From a candidate division WOR-3 bacterium (GTDB taxonomy: Bacteria; Hydrothermota; Tepidihabitantia; SM23-42), in contig JAOUFJ010000006.1 in the NCBI GenBank assembly GCA_029858255.1, positions 4,285-68,284 of the forward strand: a stretch of 64,000 nucleotides of DNA, written 5' to 3'. A model generated the notes under the pieces. That model was not told where the DNA came from. It saw only the letters and a program-made list of their open reading frames with translations, and did not search any database. Of this stretch, positions 1-9,697 are shown in pieces (the stretch's first letter is position 1; every line of letters begins with the position of its first letter). The position numbers and the translations under genes were made by a program.

Positions 1-455
1 CGTCACAGCTCAATGTCGGCGGCAATACAGATTTTCTGAACATGCTCGAACGCTCAAGATTGGTATCTAAGAAAGTATCGAAAACCAGGGCAGTGACTTC
101 CCTTCTGCATTATGATATTGGTGAAGATAATATATATATCGGTCCTTCTGACTACGTGGCTTGGCTAAAAGACCGCAAATGGGCGCATATGAGACTCGAG
201 GGTCGCACTTTCGGTGACGTACCGTTGAATATCGAATTGAAACTCGAAGTCTGGGATTCTCCGAACTCTGCCGGCGTGGTCATCGACGCCGTGAGATGCG
301 CAAAACTCGCTCTTGATAATAGACTGAGCGGCGCCATGGTTGGGCCATCCAGTTATTTCTTCAAATCTCCGCCAGTGCAGTTTCCTGATTATATATGCCG
401 CGAAAAGACTGAGAAATACATTAAGAGATATACTAAAGGGAAAAAACGAAAATAG
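1..455 (+). CDS. myo-inositol-1-phosphate synthase family protein, C-terminal fragment (5' end lies outside the window; reading frame continues from position 3)
   Basis: Frame-3 translation runs open from position 3 ([18 protein letters not shown]...). The C-terminal block [39 protein letters not shown] matches the conserved C-terminus of archaeal/bacterial MIPS. Confidence 0.7.
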   Translation, partial: SQLNVGGNTDFLNMLERSRLVSKKVSKTRAVTSLLHYDIGEDNIYIGPSDYVAWLKDRKWAHMRLEGRTFGDVPLNIELKLEVWDSPNSAGVVIDAVRCAKLALDNRLSGAMVGPSSYFFKSPPVQFPDYICREKTEKYIKRYTKGKKRK

Positions 456-472
456 GACAACGGTAGTCCCGG

Positions 473-1114
473 ATGCATGGCGTTAAACGCGGAATATTGA
501 TCAGTTTTGAGGGAGTCGAGGGTTCGGGGAAAACTACTCAGGCCAAAGCGCTGGTAGATTGGTTGGCCGCAGGTAAGATCCCACATATATTTGTGAGAGA
601 CCCGGGGAGCACAGAGATCGGCGAGAGGGTAAGAGATATTCTCCTCGATAGAAAGAACCGAGGCATGCACGCCAAGTGTGAAGTGTTGTTGTTTTTGGCA
701 GCTCGAAGTCAGTTGGCATATGAAGTACTACTGCCGGCTCTCAAGGATAAAAAGATCGTAATTACAGATCGTTTTTCCGATTCTACTTTTGCCTACCAGT
801 GCTACGCGCGCGGTCTGCCGCTGCGTTTGATCACTATTTTCAACCGATTTGCTGCTGCGGGATTGAAACCCGATCTGACTTTTCTTGTTGATATCGATGC
901 GGCAAAGCGCCGGGAGCGGGGCAAATATATTGACCGGATGGAGACTGAAGCCGAAGGTTATCATCAGAAGGTGCAGCGCGGCTTTCAATTGATGGCAATG
1001 CGTGCAAAGAAGCGATATAGAGTACTGGATGGTGAGAAATCAGTCGATGCGCTTCACCGTGAAGTAGTGAATCATGTTAAGGAAATTTTGGTGAGAAAGG
1101 GGTACAAGATATGA
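473..1114 (+). CDS. tmk: thymidylate kinase
   Basis: P-loop ISFEGVEGSGKTTQ, DPG...ERVRD region, DRF/DSTFAYQ lid region. Length 213 aa is typical for Tmk. Confidence 0.9.
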   Translation: MHGVKRGILISFEGVEGSGKTTQAKALVDWLAAGKIPHIFVRDPGSTEIGERVRDILLDRKNRGMHAKCEVLLFLAARSQLAYEVLLPALKDKKIVITDRFSDSTFAYQCYARGLPLRLITIFNRFAAAGLKPDLTFLVDIDAAKRRERGKYIDRMETEAEGYHQKVQRGFQLMAMRAKKRYRVLDGEKSVDALHREVVNHVKEILVRKGYKI

Positions 1115-2793
1115 AAAAGGCTTATATATTGGTGTGTCTCATTTTCCTCGTTTGCGGGGGAATGTTCATTGGTCAGAAACTATGGGCAGCCCCGGATACC
1201 TATTCAATGCTCAGAGCTTTCAACAAAATACTCAAGGAGTTACAGGATAGTTACGTAACACCGGTCAGCCCTGATAGTCTTATAAGGGGCGCGATCGATG
1301 GTATGATCGATATGGTCCACGACCCCCACACAGATTTCTTGACGCGTGAGGAATATAGTGCTCTGCGGGAATCGACGACTGGTGAGTTCGGGGGGATCGG
1401 AGCGACTATCGGCAAGCGCGACGAGCGTATCATGGTAATATCGCCGCTCGAGGGTACGCCGGCGTATCGGTCGGGTCTTCAGCCTGGTGATGAAATCTTG
1501 AATGTCAATGGTGTTTCGACCGAGGGCAAGAGTGTTGATGTGGTCGTAAAGGAGATTCGCGGCGATCCCGGCACCGAGGTTGTGCTCACAATACACCGTT
1601 CGTTGATCGATGAGCCATTCGATGTTGAGATCACACGTGCAATCATAAAACTCGATGCCGTGCCATATTTCGGCATGATCGACGACAAGATCGGTTATGT
1701 GTACCTGCGTAATTTTTCGATCTCCGCCGACGTTGAATTGAAAAAAGCTCTTGACTCGCTGTTCGCGATGGGCGTGGAAAAGCTGGTATTCGATCTGCGC
1801 CTGAATTCCGGGGGTTTGCTCAATGAGGGACTCACCGTGAGTGAACTATTTCTGCCGAAGGGCAAAGAGATCGTTGCTACCAAGGGAAGGAATGAGCGTG
1901 AGCGGATGTTCAGGTCACAGAAGACTTATTCTTATGTAGATTTTCCCATGGTGACCCTCGTGGATGGTGGGTCGGCTTCGGCATCCGAGATCGTGGCCGG
2001 TGCACTTCAGGATTGGGATAGAAGTCTGATAATCGGTACCACTACTTTTGGCAAGGGTTCGGTGCAGAATATCATACCCTTTGAAGACAGTACAGCTCTT
2101 AAGTTAACCACCGCCCGCTGGTATACTCCTTCGGGCAGGAGCATTGACAAACCAGTTGACTGGGACGGGTTGGACGGCAGGGTCACCTCGGCACAGCAAA
2201 GGTTAGTCGATAGGCTGATAAATGAACTTGAAGAGCTGCGGGAGCAGGCGAAAACCGATGGTGAGAAGAAGATCGTGGAAATGATCGAGGATGACCTGTA
2301 TGATATTGAGGATAACATTTACAGGCTTCGCGTGGATTCGACGAAATTGAATGAGCAAAAGGAATTTACTACATTGGGACCGCTCAAGCGCAAGGTGTAC
2401 GGCGAAGGAGGTATAATACCTGATGTTGTCATCGAACCTCAGCGGTTGTCCCAGCTGGAAACCGATATACTGACAAAGGGCCTGGGTTTTGATTTTGTCG
2501 TGAAGTACACGGCGGAACATAACGACATCGATAAGAATTTCGAGGTTGGGGATAAGCTGCTGAAAGAATTCGCGGTTTATCTTCTCGAACACGAAGTCGA
2601 GTTCACCGATAAAGAGTATGAAGACGTAAAGGAAAGGCTGCGCAGCCGGTTGAAGCAAGAGTTTTATACGAACCGGTGGGGTATGAAAGAGGGATACAGG
2701 ATACGCGTGGCTGATGATTCCCTGGTTCAGCAAGCCGTGAAAATGCTAAAGGAGGTTGCGTCTTCGCAGGACCTTTTTCGTCACGCAAAATGA
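1111..2793 (+). CDS. carboxyl-terminal processing (tail-specific) protease, S41 family, with PDZ domain
   Basis: N-terminal signal/TM. PDZ region GIGATIGKRDERIMVISPLEGTPAYRSGLQPGDEILNVNG. S41 catalytic region DLRLNSGGLL ... TLVDGGSASASEIVAGALQD. 4-bp ATGA overlap with tmk. Confidence 0.85.
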   Translation: MKKAYILVCLIFLVCGGMFIGQKLWAAPDTYSMLRAFNKILKELQDSYVTPVSPDSLIRGAIDGMIDMVHDPHTDFLTREEYSALRESTTGEFGGIGATIGKRDERIMVISPLEGTPAYRSGLQPGDEILNVNGVSTEGKSVDVVVKEIRGDPGTEVVLTIHRSLIDEPFDVEITRAIIKLDAVPYFGMIDDKIGYVYLRNFSISADVELKKALDSLFAMGVEKLVFDLRLNSGGLLNEGLTVSELFLPKGKEIVATKGRNERERMFRSQKTYSYVDFPMVTLVDGGSASASEIVAGALQDWDRSLIIGTTTFGKGSVQNIIPFEDSTALKLTTARWYTPSGRSIDKPVDWDGLDGRVTSAQQRLVDRLINELEELREQAKTDGEKKIVEMIEDDLYDIEDNIYRLRVDSTKLNEQKEFTTLGPLKRKVYGEGGIIPDVVIEPQRLSQLETDILTKGLGFDFVVKYTAEHNDIDKNFEVGDKLLKEFAVYLLEHEVEFTDKEYEDVKERLRSRLKQEFYTNRWGMKEGYRIRVADDSLVQQAVKMLKEVASSQDLFRHAK

Positions 2794-2931
2794 TGCAGAT
2801 TCAACGACACAAAGGCAGCCGCTGACACCGCGTGTACCGTGGGAATTTCCGGTGCTCGTCCTCCTCGCGGCGGTGTTAGCTGGTATTGTATGGTTTATTT
2901 CGCGAAGACATTCATGAAGGCGTAGAACTAT

Positions 2932-5748
2932 ATGGTGGATGAATCTTTCCGTATTGAGATAACGAATCGCTCAGACCCGAGGGGTAATTTCATTAAGGAG
3001 TCTTTTCATTCTTTTGGTCTGTCCGGTGTCGAAGGAGTATTGGTAAGCGATATTTATTACATATCCGGTGCCGTGTCGATGTCGCAGATCGAAAAGATCG
3101 CCCGGGAATTGTTATGCGATCCTGTTGTTGAGGAGTACCGAATAGGCGAGGGTGGAGAAGCGGCAGAAGGTTTTGAGGTATTGTTCAATTACGGGGTTAC
3201 CGATCCCAAGGAAGAAAGCGTAAGAAAGGCGATCGCCGATCTGCGTATCGAGATCCAATCGGTCAAGACCGGCAACAGTTATGTCATAAGAGGCGAATTC
3301 GACAGGAAACAGTTGATAAAGAGTGCCGAACTTTTCTTGTACAACCCGTTGATCCAACACGTAAAACACGGCAAAGAGGATACGCACAAGCCTGAAGCAT
3401 ATGAGCTGCGTATTAACTGTGTAGATCTGGGGGGCGACGTACTCAAGCTGAGTCGCGATATGGGGCTTTCTCTTTCAAAGACAGAAATGGAATGCATCAA
3501 AGATTACTTCGGTTCGGAAAAAAGGAAGCCAACAGATGTCGAACTCGAGACAATTGCTCAGACATGGAGCGAGCACTGCCGACACAAGACATTCCTCGGA
3601 AAGATCCTATTCGACGGTGAGCACATTGACAATCTCCTGAAGAATACAATAATGCAAGCCACACGGGAAATTGACCATCCGCTGTGTCTGTCTGTATTCC
3701 ACGATAATTCCGGAGTCATTGATTTTGATGAAGATCATGGAGTGTGTTTCAAGGTGGAAACGCATAATCATCCTTCGGCCCTTGAACCTTACGGTGGCGC
3801 GGCTACAGGAATTGGGGGAGTGATACGTGATATTCTCGGTACCGGATTAGGTGCTAGACCGATCCTCAACACGGACGTTTTCTGCTTCGGCATGCCCGAT
3901 TTCGATTACCATGAATTGCCCGACGGTATTCTACACCCAAAGACAATTATCAAGGGTGTGATCCGCGGTGTCCGCGACTACGGCAACCGGATGGGAATAC
4001 CTACGGCCAGCGGAGCGATATGTTTTGATGAATCATTCCTCTACAATCCACTCGTATACTGTGGCTGCGTCGGTCTGATCAGAAAGGACCGTATAAAGAA
4101 AGGTGCAAAGCCAGGTGATATGGTCTTGCTCGTTGGCGGTCGGACTGGCCGTGATGGCATACACGGTGTTACATTTGCCTCGGCCGAGCTATCCGGAGAA
4201 TCGGAAAAATCATGTGTCCAGATTGGCAATCCCATTATGGAAAGGCGCGTTATGGATTGTTTGCTGCAGGTGAACGAGCAGGGTATTCTGAATTCAGTGA
4301 CTGACTGCGGCGGTGGTGGATTATCGAGTGCAGTGGGTGAGATGGGGAAGGAGACCGGGGTCAAGGTATTCCTCGATCGAGTGCCCCTGAAATACAAAGG
4401 CCTTTCCCCTCGAGAAATATGGATATCCGAATCCCAGGAAAGAATGGTACTTGCTGTCCCTCAAGAGCATATCCAAAAGGTCATCCAGGTCTTTGAAGGT
4501 GAGGGAGTCCTGGCAACCGTCATTGGTGAATTCACCGATGATAGACGTCTAGTATTGCACTATAGAGAAAGCGAGGTGTGCGATCTGGATATGGAATTCC
4601 TACACGACGGGCTGCCAATGCCAGTAAAGAAAGCAGTGATAAAGGCAAAAGCACCGGGCGAAGTCGATGTCCCCAAACCTGTAGATTTAAATTCATTGAT
4701 CATCGAAATAGTCAGTGGTTTGAATGCGTGTTCAAGGGAATGGGTCATCAGGGAATACGATCACGAGGTCCAGGGCGCGAGCGCCATAAAACCATTGGTA
4801 GGAGTATACGGGATTGGTCCTCAGGACGCGGTCGTGGTTCGTCCCGATCTGAACAAGAAAAGGGGAGTGGTGATTTCCTGCGGGATCAATGTCCGGTACG
4901 GCAAACTGGATGCCTACAACATGGCGTTATCGGTCATCGATGAGGCGATGCGAAACATGGTCGCGACTGGCGGTGACATAACAAAGGCCACGATGTTAGA
5001 TAATTTCTGTTTATCCTCACCGGAACGCGAAGCGGTTCTTGGCGATCTCGTCCTTTCGGCAAGGGGCTGTTATGACGCCGCAAAATGCTTTGGTGTTCCT
5101 TTCATATCGGGTAAGGATAGCCTCTATAATGAATGGGTTGACAAAGATGGAAAAGTCATTGCGATCCCACCGGTGCTTCTAATATCAGCGATCGGTATTG
5201 TCGAGGATGTGGACAAATGCGTGACAATGGATCTTAAGGAGATCGGTTCTGAACTCTACATGCTGGGCGAGACCAAAGAGGAACTGGGCGGTTCTGAATA
5301 CTACCGGGTACTGGGCGTGGAAGCCGGAGCCGTTCCGGGTCTGGACCTTGTGAATGCTCCGAAGATAATGGCGCGTCTGCATTCGGCGATCCAGAAGGGT
5401 CTGGTTGTCGCCTGCCATGATCTTTCTGAAGGTGGCCTTGCACTGGCCGTGAGTGAAATGGCATTCAGCGGTGATATCGGTGCAGAGATCGACCTTCACA
5501 CCATTCCATTTACAGGCAAGAAGAAACGGTTTGATACGATCCTTTTTTCGGAGTCCAATACGCGCTTCCTGGTCGAGGTGCGTCAGGAGAACAAAGACGA
5601 ATTCACCCGATTGTTCAGCGGAACACCCGTTGCGAGGATCGGTAAGACGGTCCGTGACAAGCGTCTAAGAATATTCGCCGACGACCGCAAGCTCGTCGAC
5701 CTGCCACTTCTTGTTCTAAGGAAGAAGTGGCTTAGAAAAGTTGTCTGA
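2932..5748 (+). CDS. purL: phosphoribosylformylglycinamidine synthase, PurS-PurL fusion (FGAM synthase II with N-terminal PurS-like domain)
   Basis: The N-terminal ~80 aa (RIEITNRSDPRGNFIKESFHSFGLSGVEGVLVSDIYYI) resemble PurS. PurL signatures follow: TWSEHCRHKTF, ETHNHPSALEPYGGAATGIGGVIRD, and a second AIRS-like repeat. 938 aa. Confidence 0.85.
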   Translation: MVDESFRIEITNRSDPRGNFIKESFHSFGLSGVEGVLVSDIYYISGAVSMSQIEKIARELLCDPVVEEYRIGEGGEAAEGFEVLFNYGVTDPKEESVRKAIADLRIEIQSVKTGNSYVIRGEFDRKQLIKSAELFLYNPLIQHVKHGKEDTHKPEAYELRINCVDLGGDVLKLSRDMGLSLSKTEMECIKDYFGSEKRKPTDVELETIAQTWSEHCRHKTFLGKILFDGEHIDNLLKNTIMQATREIDHPLCLSVFHDNSGVIDFDEDHGVCFKVETHNHPSALEPYGGAATGIGGVIRDILGTGLGARPILNTDVFCFGMPDFDYHELPDGILHPKTIIKGVIRGVRDYGNRMGIPTASGAICFDESFLYNPLVYCGCVGLIRKDRIKKGAKPGDMVLLVGGRTGRDGIHGVTFASAELSGESEKSCVQIGNPIMERRVMDCLLQVNEQGILNSVTDCGGGGLSSAVGEMGKETGVKVFLDRVPLKYKGLSPREIWISESQERMVLAVPQEHIQKVIQVFEGEGVLATVIGEFTDDRRLVLHYRESEVCDLDMEFLHDGLPMPVKKAVIKAKAPGEVDVPKPVDLNSLIIEIVSGLNACSREWVIREYDHEVQGASAIKPLVGVYGIGPQDAVVVRPDLNKKRGVVISCGINVRYGKLDAYNMALSVIDEAMRNMVATGGDITKATMLDNFCLSSPEREAVLGDLVLSARGCYDAAKCFGVPFISGKDSLYNEWVDKDGKVIAIPPVLLISAIGIVEDVDKCVTMDLKEIGSELYMLGETKEELGGSEYYRVLGVEAGAVPGLDLVNAPKIMARLHSAIQKGLVVACHDLSEGGLALAVSEMAFSGDIGAEIDLHTIPFTGKKKRFDTILFSESNTRFLVEVRQENKDEFTRLFSGTPVARIGKTVRDKRLRIFADDRKLVDLPLLVLRKKWLRKVV

Positions 5749-5806
5749 TATCCCCGGAACCGTCATTGCGAGGGAGTGAAACGACCGAAGCAATCTCCTG
5801 GTGTGA

Positions 5807-8485
5807 TTATTTAACCACAGCGATCTTCACGACATCATTACCCGCGCCGTGTGTTATCAGTAGACAATAGTAAAGTCCGCTTCCCACATCTTTACCATCC
5901 TCGTCTGTGCCGTCCCATACAAAAGCCGATTCTCCGGTGTAGCTGCCTGGCAGGAGTAATCCTGAACGTTCTTCCTTTCTGACCAGACGGCCGCTCATCG
6001 AATATACTTTGAACTCGACCAAAGATTCGCGGTCCAATCTGAACGGCATGTATATATTATCGTGCTGGCTCAGCAGGAAGGGATTTGGATAAGGAGTCAA
6101 CCACCCGCTACCCCCAACAGAATCCACCTGGATCGGTGAGTGAGTGATCGCTGCGTAAGCATCAGGCCACCCGTAGCCCATACTATCACTAGGAGTGTCT
6201 GCGAAGCTCGCCGTGCTGTAAAGCGCCGTTTGGACCGAATCGACGGTCCAGTTCGGATGTGCTTCGAGGAGCAGGGCACATATGCCGGTGATCATCGCAG
6301 TGGCGCCTGAAGTGCCAAATGAATAGAGGTATGAATCGGTTGAGTCTGGATTTATGACGACCGGTGCCGCGGACAGGCACATTATTTCCGGTTTCATTCT
6401 TCCGTCAAATGTGGGGCCGTATCCGGAATACTGCCAGCGGTTATACAGCGAGTCGATACCTCCAACCGTGATGACATTCATTGCATCACCCGGTATTTCT
6501 ATTCTCGGCACCGATACATTACCTGCTGCAGTCACGACCAGAAGACCGCGTTTTGTTGCCTCATAGGCAGCGATCGAAGCGGGCGATGTCTTTCCATCGA
6601 AATCCCTGGGCCAGGCATACCAATCTGCATAGCCGAGTGAACTCGATACGATATCGGCTCCCTGTGCTTCACACCATTCAAGGCCCGCAATGTAAGTGTC
6701 CTCTTCCACAGGGAATTCGTATGATGTATCCGGATTCTCGGTTTTTGCGACAATGAATTGGGCGCCCGGTGCTACACCGATATAACGACCGCTGAAATAT
6801 CCTCCAACGAGTGCAAGCATTTCTGTTCCGTGTCTTGGATAATAATAGTCAGGATCAGTGACTGAATAGCCGTCGGTTATCGAATCACCTCTAACACTGG
6901 AGAATCGAACGATTTGCGCCTCAGGCGCAGCAAGTGTTGGCAAGTATGCGAATAGTGTGCTCATCGAATCAATACCACCGAAGGTAGTACCATTGTCATT
7001 TGATGTTCTTGAGTATATTCTACCGGCTGATTCCCATGTGACTGTTAGCGTATTGCTTGTTCTTGCCAGGGATATCTTGCCGATCGCATTTATTTCTGGT
7101 GTCAGGAAAAGATGTGTAGTAAAGGTTTCTCCGAAATCCTCAGATCTCGCGAATAGCACGCGAAACAGCGGGTCATTGGAAGTGTCCTTCCATATTGCAT
7201 ATATCGTGTCTCCTGCGGTGATCGCTTCAGCATCTTTGCCGGTTGTCGTGAACGTCTGGTTGAAAGTTGTCGGAGGTATGGCTGATTTTGTGAAGTACAG
7301 TGTGTTCGTTGGTGAAACGTGATAGAATATGCCGATCGCAGAATTACCCGTAACCATCTTTGGCGCCCGGATATTCATGGGGGAAGATTCAATCACCGAT
7401 TCCTGTGGAAATCCGGATATTGTGCCTCGTTTGAGCAGTAAGAAAGTTGTGTCGCTATCGCTGTCTTTACTGTGATATGCCACGTATACGGTATCACCCA
7501 CCCTAATCGAGCTTGGTTCCCTGCGCGGCGGGTCGCCGAGGGGCATTGATTGGACGAGGATAGTATCAGTGTGCACCAGGTATTTCAGGCCGTAGCGGTC
7601 GCGGTAGAACACGAACATCGTATCACCTCCACAGGCGTCCAGTTCCACTACCCAGTTGTTGTAATAGTTTGTCAACTTAATGAGGTTGGGTGACCATGTC
7701 TGACCGTTATCGGTTGAATATGTGTAGAGCAGGTCACGAACCGGGTCATTATATTGTAGCGTGTCTCCGGAAAGGAACAAATTGTAGCGGCTGCTTGTTC
7801 TGCGAAATATCAGATCACTGAAAGTACCGTATTTCGGAGTTATGGGCATGTTGTTCATCCAAATTTGGTCTCCACCAAGAAAATCATATTCGGCGATGAC
7901 GTTCACATTGTTCACTGCGATATGTGTGCGTCTTAATCCGGTATCAAGAAATCCAACTCTGACATTGGAGCCGAATATGCCCATATCATGAATACGTTCG
8001 ATACCGAACATCTGCGACTGTCTATAGGTCAATCCATAAATTGCCGTATCCTGAACCGTCGCTTCAGCTTCCAGGGGCGCGCGGAAAGGTGCAACCCTGG
8101 TGATTTTGTGCACAAAATCGAGCTGTGCGATCTGGTCGATATCTTCGATGGCAATGAGAAAACTCGCGGCATTGAGCCATTTTGAACAGGTGATCAGTAA
8201 CCCTCCATTGGCCTCAACTTCTGCGATGTAATCTTCGTATACCGGGATATCTGCATAGTCGGTCACGCCCCGGCGCAGTGCCCTCCGCTGCCTGGCCGCG
8301 TCTGTCAACTGCGTCCGCACAACCCTGATCGCCGCATCGTAATCTTCCACGGTGATATTCTTGTCGGTGAAGTAGACCCAGGCTCTGACATGAGCATCCG
8401 TGTAGCACCTGGGATCAACTTTGTTCTGGAGCGGTGCCTGATAGTCATACATCACTCCCACCAGAAGTAAAAAAGTTAACATCAA
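5807..8485 (-). CDS. secreted S8 subtilisin-family peptidase with BNR/sialidase-like repeat insertion and T9SS C-terminal sorting domain
   Basis: Asp motif GFLDTG, His motif HGTEMLALVGG, Ser motif FGTSGATAMITG. BNR motifs (STDNGQTWSP) lie between the Asp and His motifs. C-terminal ~80 aa (PNPF...GLYYCLLITHGAGNDVVKIAVVK) is T9SS CTD-like. Confidence 0.8.
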   Translation of the reverse strand: MMLTFLLLVGVMYDYQAPLQNKVDPRCYTDAHVRAWVYFTDKNITVEDYDAAIRVVRTQLTDAARQRRALRRGVTDYADIPVYEDYIAEVEANGGLLITCSKWLNAASFLIAIEDIDQIAQLDFVHKITRVAPFRAPLEAEATVQDTAIYGLTYRQSQMFGIERIHDMGIFGSNVRVGFLDTGLRRTHIAVNNVNVIAEYDFLGGDQIWMNNMPITPKYGTFSDLIFRRTSSRYNLFLSGDTLQYNDPVRDLLYTYSTDNGQTWSPNLIKLTNYYNNWVVELDACGGDTMFVFYRDRYGLKYLVHTDTILVQSMPLGDPPRREPSSIRVGDTVYVAYHSKDSDSDTTFLLLKRGTISGFPQESVIESSPMNIRAPKMVTGNSAIGIFYHVSPTNTLYFTKSAIPPTTFNQTFTTTGKDAEAITAGDTIYAIWKDTSNDPLFRVLFARSEDFGETFTTHLFLTPEINAIGKISLARTSNTLTVTWESAGRIYSRTSNDNGTTFGGIDSMSTLFAYLPTLAAPEAQIVRFSSVRGDSITDGYSVTDPDYYYPRHGTEMLALVGGYFSGRYIGVAPGAQFIVAKTENPDTSYEFPVEEDTYIAGLEWCEAQGADIVSSSLGYADWYAWPRDFDGKTSPASIAAYEATKRGLLVVTAAGNVSVPRIEIPGDAMNVITVGGIDSLYNRWQYSGYGPTFDGRMKPEIMCLSAAPVVINPDSTDSYLYSFGTSGATAMITGICALLLEAHPNWTVDSVQTALYSTASFADTPSDSMGYGWPDAYAAITHSPIQVDSVGGSGWLTPYPNPFLLSQHDNIYMPFRLDRESLVEFKVYSMSGRLVRKEERSGLLLPGSYTGESAFVWDGTDEDGKDVGSGLYYCLLITHGAGNDVVKIAVVK

Positions 8486-8519
8486 TCCTCCTTTTTATCC
8501 CAAATTAATACAAATTCAA

Positions 8520-9191
8520 TCAGTAAATATTATAATCGATCGTTTTTCCTCTCTTCCTGAAAGGTAGTGCGAGAAGCAGACCGGCAACAAAGCCTCCGAT
8601 GTGGGCAAAATACGCCACGCCGCCGCGTGCTCCGAGAGAAGAAACTCCAATAAGAAATTGGTACAAGAACCATATGCCGAGAAAGATAAAAGACGGCAGA
8701 TATGATATTCTCAAAAAGAACCCGAGGGGGATGAGCGCGAGGACCCGTGCTTTGGGGAACAGCAGTATATATGCACCAAGAACACCGGACACTGCTCCGC
8801 TTGCACCGATCATCGGGATCTTCGAACCCGGATCAATGGCACTTTGCAGTAGCGCCGCGGCAATACCGCAGGCAAAATAGAACAATATGAACTTCGCGTG
8901 TCCCATCCGGTCCTCGACATTATCTGCAAAGATCCAGAGAAAAAGCATATTCCCGAGAATATGCATGATGCTGTCGGCGTGGATGAACATGCTGGTAAAA
9001 AGCCTCATATAGCTTTCAATACCGGTCGGATGAAACAGCAGATAAGGGACGACGCCGAACTGCCGGACGAAATCGTTGAGCTCAGCCCCAAGTGATATTT
9101 CATAAAGGTAAACGAGGATGTTGGCCGTGAGAATGGCGTAGACAACGACCGGTCTGGTATGCGATTTCAGGTCATCTTTCAGGGGTAGCAT
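8520..9191 (-). CDS. rhomboid family intramembrane serine protease
   Basis: Multi-TM protein with rhomboid GASGAVSG (GxSG) in a TM segment and the downstream catalytic His (AHIGGFVAG). Confidence 0.85.
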   Translation of the reverse strand: MLPLKDDLKSHTRPVVVYAILTANILVYLYEISLGAELNDFVRQFGVVPYLLFHPTGIESYMRLFTSMFIHADSIMHILGNMLFLWIFADNVEDRMGHAKFILFYFACGIAAALLQSAIDPGSKIPMIGASGAVSGVLGAYILLFPKARVLALIPLGFFLRISYLPSFIFLGIWFLYQFLIGVSSLGARGGVAYFAHIGGFVAGLLLALPFRKRGKTIDYNIY

Positions 9192-9663
9192 ATATTCTCC
9201 CTATCTGGCAAACAGCCCAGGCAGCGATTGCCTTTCCCTCACCGATTTCGCCCATTCCTTCATTTGTCTTTCCCTTTATGGAGATCGCATCGCTTGAGAT
9301 GTTGATCGCGTTGGCAATGGTGGTTTTCATTTGTTCGATATGTGGCAGGATTCTGGGTGCTTCTGCTATGACAACAGTGTCAATATGTTTCACCATGTAT
9401 CCTGTATTTTTCAGGAACTTGCTCACTGATTTCAGTAGCTTCAGGCTCGAGATGTCCTTGTAGCGGTTGTCATCGGGCGGGAAATGTCTTCCGATATCAC
9501 CTAAATTGGCAGCTCCCAGTAGTGCATCGCATATGGCATGGATCAGTACATCGCCGTCTGAATGTCCCGCAAGTCCTTTTGGAAAATCGATTTTCACGCC
9601 GCCCAAAAATAACTGCCTTTTGGGCACGAGCTGATGTATGTCATAGCCGATTCCAACCATCAA
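9172..9663 (-). CDS. ispF: 2-C-methyl-D-erythritol 2,4-cyclodiphosphate synthase
   Basis: IGYDIHQL...GHSDGDVLIHAICDALLGA...DIG...SSLKLLK signature over full length (163 aa). Confidence 0.9.
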   Translation of the reverse strand: MMVGIGYDIHQLVPKRQLFLGGVKIDFPKGLAGHSDGDVLIHAICDALLGAANLGDIGRHFPPDDNRYKDISSLKLLKSVSKFLKNTGYMVKHIDTVVIAEAPRILPHIEQMKTTIANAINISSDAISIKGKTNEGMGEIGEGKAIAAWAVCQIGRIYATPER

Positions 9664-9697
9664 TAATTCTACTCGGGACGCGCATCAAAGTCAAGAA

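Noticed and set aside
5749-5806. Possible bidirectional terminator between purL and the S8 peptidase gene
   Set aside because: Only short, imperfect complementarity (cattgc/gcaatc, ggag/ctcc) without nested geometry or T-runs.
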